From Lingula anatina (Eukaryota; Animalia; Brachiopoda), in the NCBI GenBank assembly GCA_051362555.1, contig CM120647.1, positions 9,548,001 to 9,612,000 of the forward strand: a stretch of DNA of 64,000 bases. Reading direction: 5' to 3'. Positions 55,326-64,000 of this stretch are shown in pieces (the stretch's first letter is position 1; every line of letters begins with the position of its first letter). Both the position numbers and the translations under genes were made by a program. A model generated the notes under the pieces. It ran no database searches and was not told the origin of the DNA. It saw only the letters and a list, made by a program, of their open reading frames with translations.

Positions 55326-57571
55326 ATGTACGTGCGTTTGTGGATTATAAATCCGCTTTCGATTCCATCGATAGGCCAAGTTTATGGAAGCAATTAAATA
55401 AACTCGGTGTTCAAGGTAAATTGCTCCGCATTGTAAAAAGGCTTGTGTTAAGTATAAAGGTCAGCTATCTGAATATTTCCAAATACACACAGGTCTATTA
55501 CAAGGAGAGGTAATGTCCCCGCTACTTTACTCTTTGTATGAAAATGATTTTGAAACTTTTTGCTTATCGGAGAATTGTGATAGTATAGAAATACGGGACA
55601 TACTGTAAATCTTTTCTTACTTATGTATGCTGATGACACGGTACTTTTATCGGAAACTCCTCAAGTACTACAAATACTTTTAGATATCCTGCAATTATAC
55701 TCACAAAAGTGAAAGTTAACGGTAAATACAGCAAAAACAAAAACAATGGTCTTTAGAAATGGGGGTAAGTTAAGGGCTATAGACATGGAAATATAACGGT
55801 GTTGTCTTGGAAAGGGTGAATCAGTTTAGTTACCTCGGTTTACTTTTTTATTTTAATGGTAAGTTTTGTCAAACTCAAAAACATAAACATTAGCAGAACA
55901 TGGTAAAAAAAACATTATTTGCTATTAGCAGCATGTTAAAAAACCATAACTTTAATGTGTCCACCAGGTGTGCAGTATTTGATACGTACGTTGGTAGTAT
56001 TTTAAATTATGCATCAGAAATATGGATATTCAATAAGGCAAATTGAAAGGATATAAGAATGGTAAATACGGATTTTTTAAAAAGAATTCTGGGTGTTAAA
56101 AGAAACACTAGTAATAGTGTATTATGAAACCGGGAGATATCCACTTATTTTAGGTAGAAAACTAAGAATTTTTAAATATTGGCTGAAAATCCACTCTTCA
56201 AAAAACTGTTTTATACAAACGTGCCATAAAGATATCCTTGACAATAATTTTGAGTGGATAAATTGTGTACGGAATGACCTTGAATTAATGGGTCTGTCAT
56301 TTACTTTTTATGAAAACATGGCGGATGTTTGTATACTGTCCTACCCTCGGTTCTAGATTCCGGTATTGCCAGCTCGATCTAGATTTCATGTCGCAATACC
56401 AGTCTCTAGTGCACAGCGACCATGTTAGGCTCCCGTCAATCAAATAGAACGGCTCCGCAGTGAATCTGCAGTTGAATGTCATCAGACCAAAATGAAACGT
56501 AAAACAGATTTAATTCTGCTCTATTTAATTTTATTTGCTGTATTTAAGATATGTAAAGTGAGAAATAAATAATATGTTTCTAAAAGAAAAAGGTATATCC
56601 AATGTTTTTGTATTTTTTGCTTATCAAAGAACATTTAGTCCTGAGATAATAGACACAATACACGTGCTTGCCGTGTGCCAAGTTTGACAGCTACACCCGA
56701 TACCACTATAAGGGCTGCGCAATGGCTACACCAAAATCAATTTTTAAAGCAGAATGTTGCTTGTATTGTGGCACTGACCTTCGTCTGCAAGATATTTTCA
56801 ATTCAAACTTCTAAATCCGCGTCAGACACTGGTTGATTCTTGTCTCGTCTGCACGAGATTATGTCAGCGCAAGGCGGGAAAGGCAGCTCCAGGCGGCCAA
56901 ACCTGTGACGTACGAGACTTATGACTTCCAAATATGGCTCCAGGCGGACACAGCTGTGACTTGTGACTTCCAAATATGGAAGCGCCTCAGGCAAAATTTT
57001 GAAGAAGAACGCCCTCAGGTTGTCGCTGTTCGTCAGAGCTAGTGAAAGTGACTCCAAGGTATATTAAATATTAAACAAACTAACTTTCACGTTGCTCTGA
57101 CACTCAGGGTAATACTGTCCTTGATAGAACAAAGATTGAAAGATCATTTTAGACAAGTACTGACAGGAGAAATATTCACAGCGAGTAAAGGGCTTCTGTA
57201 TCAACAACTTGTTGATAATTTCACAATGCAATTTTATTTGAATAAGCCAATTTCACAGGAAAATAAGGAATTTATCGCAAAATATAGGCTTTCGTCACAT
57301 AATCTAGCAGTAGAGACTGGCCGGCACACAGACACAAATAAGAAATTAAGAATCTGTAATTTATGCAATTTACACAATGTAGAGGATGAATTTCACTTTA
57401 TACTTTAATGCCCTCACTACAGTACGATTAGGCAGAAATATATTAAGAAATTTAATTATACAAAGCCAAGTGTCTTTAAATTAATTAAATTACTATCAAT
57501 GTCTAATAATTAAACAACTTAGGAAAATACCTTAAATGTGCATCGGAACTAAGATTAATGTCAGTCCGATG

Positions 57572-57605
<34 letters not shown>

Positions 57606-57722
57606 TGTTTCAGTAGTAGTTGTTGTAGTAATGGTAGTTGAGTAGATATAACTTTATATTGTTACTGTATTATATTCTGATGAGCCGTAGGGCTCAAAGA
57701 TTTAATAAATCGAATTGAAACG
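55326..57722 (+). mobile_element. 5'-truncated, decayed non-LTR retrotransposon (LINE; RTE-X-like by its C-terminus)
   Basis: RT motifs AFVDYKSAFDSIDR, GLLQGEVMSPLLYSLY, LMYADDTVL, KLTVNTAKTKTMVF, with stops and frameshifts. C-terminal RLSSHNLAVETGR..ICNLC..VEDEFHFIL*C. 3' stem-loop GAGCC-gtag-GGCTC and AATAAA. AACTAC duplicated at 55320-55325 and 57723-57728; empty site at ~46514. Confidence 0.92.
56342..57111. mobile_element. Non-autonomous DNA transposon (770 bp) with 9-bp TSD nested in the LINE; AcademH-like
   Basis: ATACTGTCC duplicated exactly at 56333-56341 and 57112-57120, short TIR TACCCT...AGGGTA, and the LINE ORF resumes after the insert. The superfamily call is an inference from TSD length and TA...TA termini. 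Confidence 0.8.
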
Positions 57723-59228
57723 AACTACTTCCATAATTACTCTACTTGTTACAAGATAAAAAAAAAACGCTGTTTATAATTTTATTCACACGTGGGCGAT
57801 AAACAAAGTGCTGAGGTTTGAATTATGCTGACATTGAAGCGGTACCTGTATATACTTATTATGTGCACGCAGAGTTCGACTGGTTTAATGGTAACTAACA
57901 AATGCGTCAATATAATAATTCTTTTGTCCCAAAGGCATGTTCAACAAGCATATCTCTCCTCGCCCAGCTGTTAGACAAATCTATCGTGATGTTAGTATTG
58001 TCCACTCCATATACTGTGTGGGAGAAATTACAATACGTACAACGTAATAGCCACTAGTATTGTCATTGGCTATAGCATTACCTGTACTTTAATTTGGTAT
58101 ACTATTTTCGAAACCCCTTCCATACTTTAATTTATGTACTGTTTTATATCCTCGGATATTATAGGGTAGGATTGTAGTTGAGTTTTACCACGCAAGAACA
58201 AAATTGGTTTGATACATAATTTTGAAAGCTCAAATTTATTATTCTTAAACACTCATATTATCTCTCATTGTCTTCATTTATCTGTTTTTGGGACGTTATT
58301 GCAAATTAATTTTCTTTTTAAAATGTGCAGAAATGAACAGCTACAGTTATAATATACCTGTGAAGATTGTAATGGAATTAGGAGGATGCAATAAGTGTGT
58401 GTGAATGTCAACTATCGCACTGGTGACCATGGTGATCTGTTAAAGATGCATTCAAAGTCCATTTTTGGTACAAATCCCGAAGAAATACCACCATATATTT
58501 ATAACTCAAAAATATACTTCAGAAAATTGCTAAAGACATCATTTCAAAGTACCCCTGATTGATTTACAGGTCTTTTTCAAACTGGAGAGATGTAAGAAAG
58601 TTCAGTTTACAAACAAGGATTCGAAGAAGCTTTTTTAGGCAGAACGAGCAATTTAGTGAACGACTCGTCATATCGACTTTTTAGTGGTTTTAATGTTGCA
58701 CTGGAAATCTACGCTCGATATATGTGCAATTTTAAAGCAAAAATAAAAATAATTTTCCTTGAAACTCTATCAATTTTCCTCTATTTGTTTAGATATACCC
58801 TGTCCAAATCCGTTAAAAAACGAAAACTGAATCCGAGTTTCTTTCTACGAATTGACTTAATGGTTTGTAAAGGAAAATTGACATAAACGAGGTAATACTT
58901 TTTATTCCGTTCTTGTTTTCCACAATCGCTTTTAATATATGCCAATTGTATGCAAATGAGAGAATCCAATAATTCAAAACGAAACTTACTTGTGACCTTA
59001 ATTATCTTTCAGTATTATTTAACTCATGAGCCCCACGATTGGTCGAAAGCGAGACATAATTCTTCTTTTCCTACTTCCTGTACTTCCATGCCAATGCATA
59101 TCTTTTGTTACTAAATTTTTATAAGTATAAAATAGCCCACTTTCAAAGTGATTTAGTATGAACGATCATAAATATACAAACACGTGACAAAAAATCATGT
59201 TATATACATTTTGCTTCAAACCTTTTCC

Positions 59229-59587
59229 TATACAACATTTTTAACCATTTAGTAAAATTTATGAGGTACCCCCTCAAATCGATTGTTTCACTGTGACTTC
59301 TACACATGTAAATAAATGTCTATAAAATTGAAAAGACGCCATCAAATGTCACCAAATTCACACACAATTAGCATTAGAGTGTGTTCGTTAAAGATCACGT
59401 GCATAACAGCGTTTGCGTCTACCGCGTACTGCAATTATCTCCTGAAGACGGCGCGACAAGCCTTCAACACGGGTAACAATTCTGTTTTGTGGGATATTGT
59501 CCCATTCTTCTTAAACAAGTTGGGGGAGTTGGTCCACGTTTTTATGGGGTTGGTTCTCCTTTGCATTGCACACTCCAATTCACGTGT
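59229..59587 (-). mobile_element. Fragment of the same Tc1-derived element
   Basis: Close reverse complement of ~54525-54880, i.e. the right arm of the 51408-55037 element. Confidence 0.88.
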
Positions 59588-60122
59588 ATTCGAAAGAAGG
59601 TAAAGCTATTTTTCGCAAAATGACATTTCGACTTTATTTTAGTCGCATAAGACATCTGCAAAGCGGTTTATATGCTCAACTTATATGCAATTTTGAAGCA
59701 AGAAGAAAAATAATTTTTCTTGAAACTTTACAATTTTCGTATACTGGCCGAGATATACCTTATCCACAATCGTAAAGAAAATGAAAGTCCAATCCGAGTT
59801 TGTTTCCAGTTGGAGTCAGCGGTATGCAAAAAAAAAAAAAAAAATCATATACAAGCCTATACCTTCAATGGGACTTTCTTGCCTTCCAAAATCACTTTTC
59901 TACATGCTGAATGTATGGAAACAAATAAATCCGAGAATTTAGAACGTTTTTATAAATGTATTGTGTTAAACGTTTAAGATTACTCGTATGCGCAAAATTA
60001 AACAAACCACCCACAGGTTCATTTTCAAATGTGAATATTTTAAAATCATAATTTTAAGAAACACAGTCAATTGCAACTGCAGCGTCCAATGTTTCTATCG
60101 ACTGGCCATTCACAAATTAGTC

Positions 60123-61277
60123 TCACACCCGGGTAGTTACATGTATAGTAGTAATGGACGTTGTATTAATATCAGTGGACACATGTTGGTTTGAACACTG
60201 CCCATCCTGTCCATCGTTAGAACCACGCTCAACTGTCATCTTAGACTTTGAACACCCGCCAGTACAACAACAATAGCAGTTTTTAAACACATTTATCAGT
60301 TCGTTCCTAAAGATCTGTGCCGATGCAACGAAGAGAAAAAAGTTGATGTTGTGATTCAACAAACTTAGAAGAAACAGCCCATCCCGAACAAGCAAATGTC
60401 CCGCGGGGATGCTATAACCTATACCAGTGTACGCAGCCATTGATATCGTCCAGTAGAGATCAAACCCGGAAAGTGGCCAAGTGAGCACGATGAACGCGGT
60501 CAATGTCGTTAATAGCAGAGTGTTTGTCTTATTGTTCGTCGATCCACCGCTACCCGAGTGCTGCTGCTGACGACCAGACAACTGCTGTCTCACAGAATGG
60601 ATCTGTCTAAGTTTATATACAATAGCAAACGTCATAGCAGCTATTGCTACAGATACAAATATTGTTCCAAACACCACGATATAATTTAAAGCAACATTAA
60701 TATTAAGCGCTGCCTCTGCTGATAAAAAACACTCTGCAATGTTGGGAGAACTCAAGCATAAAGCCAACGGAATGAGAGCAATACATGTCAACAAAGCTTT
60801 TCGTCGGGTGCACAGAGGAGCTGCTTGCAGTGGTTTATAAACTATAATAAGTCTCTCTACAGTCACCGCCAATACGTAAAAAACTGATAGAAGTAGAAAC
60901 GTGTCACTAAAAAAATTACCTGCCGAAGCAGCGCTGCACGAGAGTTCCGTTATTTTATTAATAGTATCCCATAAGATGCATTCGCAAGCTATATGCGTGA
61001 GTCGTAACTGATCCGCACCGGCAAGAAACAAAATGTAGACAAAAGTTGACTTCCGCCTTAGACTCGGACGTCGAAGAACCACGAAGAATGTGAGAAAGTT
61101 ACTTATCAGGCCGATAACCGTCAAGACGTGTATTACAGTACACCAACATGTCTTGAAGTTAAGCCAACACCTCTGCTCGGGAGAAAGCTCGGAATAATAG
61201 AACCAACTCCCATTACCATCTGACGTACCACTGTAATCATAATATTCAAACTCGTACAGGTAGTCGGTTTCAGCCAT
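60123..61277 (-). CDS. Class A GPCR paralog 4 (384 aa)
   Basis: Intact ORF from the conserved ATG (MAETDY...), with the same 7TM motifs. Confidence 0.93.
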   Translation of the reverse strand: MAETDYLYEFEYYDYSGTSDGNGSWFYYSELSPEQRCWLNFKTCWCTVIHVLTVIGLISNFLTFFVVLRRPSLRRKSTFVYILFLAGADQLRLTHIACECILWDTINKITELSCSAASAGNFFSDTFLLLSVFYVLAVTVERLIIVYKPLQAAPLCTRRKALLTCIALIPLALCLSSPNIAECFLSAEAALNINVALNYIVVFGTIFVSVAIAAMTFAIVYKLRQIHSVRQQLSGRQQQHSGSGGSTNNKTNTLLLTTLTAFIVLTWPLSGFDLYWTISMAAYTGIGYSIPAGHLLVRDGLFLLSLLNHNINFFLFVASAQIFRNELINVFKNCYCCCTGGCSKSKMTVERGSNDGQDGQCSNQHVSTDINTTSITTIHVTTRV

Positions 61278-63525
61278 CGTCAAATGCTGCCTTATACAGC
61301 CTCAAGATTAAGTTTATTCTGTACACCGCAACAGACAGCAGTGCTGGTGGGTTCAGGAAAAGATGTCAATAGAAACGCAGGTCTATCTACAGTTGTCTCT
61401 GTTATGTGTAACTGATCACACAGATTAGTGGATCTGATGTACTAGTACGGTATAACCGACAGCGTAAGTCTGAAATAAAATGTGTACTAAGTAACCACTA
61501 TAATGTACTTCATTAAATAACGTGTCTCTCGAAACTCTTTCACTCACACCTGGACGATATACGATAAATGAACAAACTCAAAATTCCAACCAATCGTTTC
61601 GCTGCGTCTATGATTATGTTGAGAATTATGTGAACTATTGCATAAAATAATGTGCCCGCTGTATGGATCCCTTGTCTAAGTACGGTTTTTAGGTGTTTAA
61701 CAAAAGGAACAGGATCATAACATTGTGTGGCGTACGTGTCATCTAAGTGCTTCCATAATTACTATACCTGTTAATAGAAAGTTGCTCTGAAAACACCTTT
61801 ATTCACACTTGGACGAAAAAAACAAAACGCAGACTTTGGCTATAATGGCATTAAGTGTAATATTGCATAAGATACCGCCCCAACAGTACATAAACACTAC
61901 GTGCACACAGAGTTCGGTTGGTTCGAAAGTAATTAATTAACAAATGCATCAATATAATAGTTATTTTGTCATAAAAGCAGTGTTCAACAAGCAAATCTTT
62001 CCTCGCCCAGCTGTTGGACAAATCTATCACGATGCTAGTATTGTCCACTCTTTGTACTCTGTGGGAGAAATGGCAATGTGTACAACTTAAGAGGGGAGTT
62101 GAGAGATCTGCTTTAAGGTACCTACATAATTTGAAGCAGACCCTAAGCTTTTGATCTTGATATGGCAAATTTTAATTTTCCTGCAAATTTTAACCCTTTT
62201 TCCTAGTGATCGAGTCACTGTACACAACCGTGCACAGAATTTCGATCCATAAACTCGTTATGTCGTTGAATTTTACCACACAAGTTCCAGAATGTCATTA
62301 ATACTTCATCTTGAAAGCACCAATTTATTGTTAAACATTCATATTTCTCTCCTTATCTTTATTCATCTGCTTTTGGGACGTTATTGCAATAAATTTACTT
62401 TTTAAAATATGCGAAAATGAAGAGCTACAGTTACCTGTAAAGATTATAACGAAATTACAAGGATGCAATAAGTGCGAGGTTCAACTATCGCATTCGGTGC
62501 AACTATTGCAATAAAATTACTTTTTTTTAAATGTGCAGAAATGAAGAGCTATAGTTACCTGTAAAGTTTGTAATGGGATTACAAAGAGGATGCAGTAAGT
62601 TCCAGGCTCAGCTATCGCGTTCGGTGCAACTCTCACATATCGCATTAAGTGTGAAGGTCCATTAAAGCACTGCTGACAAACTGTTAAAGATGCAATCAGA
62701 GTCATTTTTTGCCACAAAACCCAACCAAATGCCGTCCAATATATGGGAATTTTACGAACTGAAGAGACGGAAAATATAGTTCAATTTATAAACAAAATTT
62801 TGAAGAAAGTAAAACTATTTTTGGCCAAACGACATATCGACTTTATTTTAGTCGTATAAGAAATCTGTGAAGCGTTATTTATGCTTTACTTATATGTAAT
62901 TTTAAGTTAAAAGAAAAATAAATTTTCTTGAAACTTTACAATTTTCCTAAATTGGCCGAGATATACCTTATCCAAAACCGTCAAGAAAATGAAAATCCAA
63001 CCCGAGTATGTTTCCAGTTGGACTCCCCATTTAAAAAAAAAAAACGATCATTTACAACCCTATACCTTTTATTGGACGTTCTTGCCTTCCACAATCACTT
63101 TAATATATGCTGGATGTATTGAAACAAATAAATCCGAGAATTTAAAACGTATTTATCTGAAACTTACTTATGACCTAAACTCTCCTTCACAGAAAATCCT
63201 GTTTCCTAATTATGAAACGGGTCATACGAAATAGTCTCCTGTGATATATAAACAGTTCCCCACTGTACTGGTAAATAATGTCATACTGTGATTCTTAGCT
63301 GTGCACATATGACAGAGAGCGGTCTCTGTGTTGCACAGACCCTCAATTTTTTTATACATGCATCGTATTGAACGTTAAAAGATTACTCGTCACTGCAAAA
63401 CTAAACCAATCACCCACAGGTTCATTTTTAAATGTAAATATTTTAAAATCATAATTTTAAGAAACACAGTCAATTGCAACTGCAGCGTCCCATGTTTCTA
63501 TCGACTGGCCATTCACAAATTAGTC

Positions 63526-63672
63526 TCACACCCGGGAAGTAATAGTAGTAATGGATGCTGCATTAACATCAGTGGACACATGTTGTTTTGAACACTGCCC
63601 ATTCTGCTCATCGTTAGAACCACGCTCAATTGACATCTCAGAGTTTGAACAACCGTCATTGCAACAACAATT
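63526..63672 (-). pseudogene. 3' fragment of GPCR paralog 5 (C-terminal tail only within the window)
   Basis: Minus strand reads CCCNDGCSNSEMSIERGSNDEQNGQCSKQHVSTDVNAASITTITSRV*, homologous to the paralog C-tails and followed by the homologous 3' flank. Homology stops abruptly at ~63671 and unrelated sequence follows. Confidence 0.85.
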
Positions 63673-64000
63673 TTACGCACTGCAAAACCGACCACAAGCA
63701 TGCAAAATTTCCAATTATTTTATGCAGTAGTTGCCGACATATGGATACTTTTTTGATAGAACCATGCTTTGGCACACTCATGTTTTGACCAGTCCAAAGG
63801 AGCACTACCCAATTAAATCATTGCATATTACACAATTCAGCAGTCCAATAAACATGGTAGTCAGTTAATTAGTAGCGACACACCTTTCTACACACTTCTC
63901 CATTCACATATCTTATATGATATCGGATTTCTTTGAAAAAAAGAGCGCTATTTACCTAGGCATACCTTCGAAACTAAAATATTCCATATTAAATGTCAAG

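Larger units (their letters stand above)
40070..63672 (-). repeat. Tandem segmental duplication array (GPCR plus ~2 kb flanks per unit)
   Basis: Spacer blocks recur in every unit, e.g. TGTGCAGAAATGAA..CTAC, CTTGAAACTT..CAATTTTC..ATA, TTCACACCTGGA, CCCAGCTGT.GGACAAATCT and TTTAAGAAACACAGTCA, at ~40.1-41.7, 43.0-44.8, 46.1-50.0, 55.0-60.1 and 61.3-63.5 kb. Confidence 0.9.

Overview
AT-rich eukaryotic (animal) genomic DNA. The receptor type and transposon repertoire suggest a marine invertebrate, probably a lophotrochozoan (inference). Positions ~1-40 kb contain no long credible ORF. They carry microsatellites, small tandem duplications, six copies of a palindromic PIF/Harbinger-like MITE family, a Helentron-associated (HINE-like) element, and a few weak candidate exons around a CpG-richer region at ~8.2-10.8 kb. 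Positions ~40-64 kb are a minus-strand tandem array of class A (rhodopsin-like) GPCR genes with uninterrupted coding regions: three intact, one frameshifted near its start codon, and one 3' fragment. The paralogs differ in a 13-14-aa N-glycosylation repeat in the N-terminus, show mosaic (gene-conversion-like) relationships, and differ in their C-terminal PDZ-type motif and in a putative 5'UTR splice acceptor. The spacers contain precisely delimited, nested transposons: a pogo-like element inside a palindromic Tc1 derivative, a 9-bp-TSD element inside a LINE, and a foldback element with a 6-bp TSD. I found no CRISPR, rRNA or tRNA genes and no clearly new system. The most notable biology is the diversifying GPCR array. 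All alignments were done by eye and coordinates may be off by a few bases.
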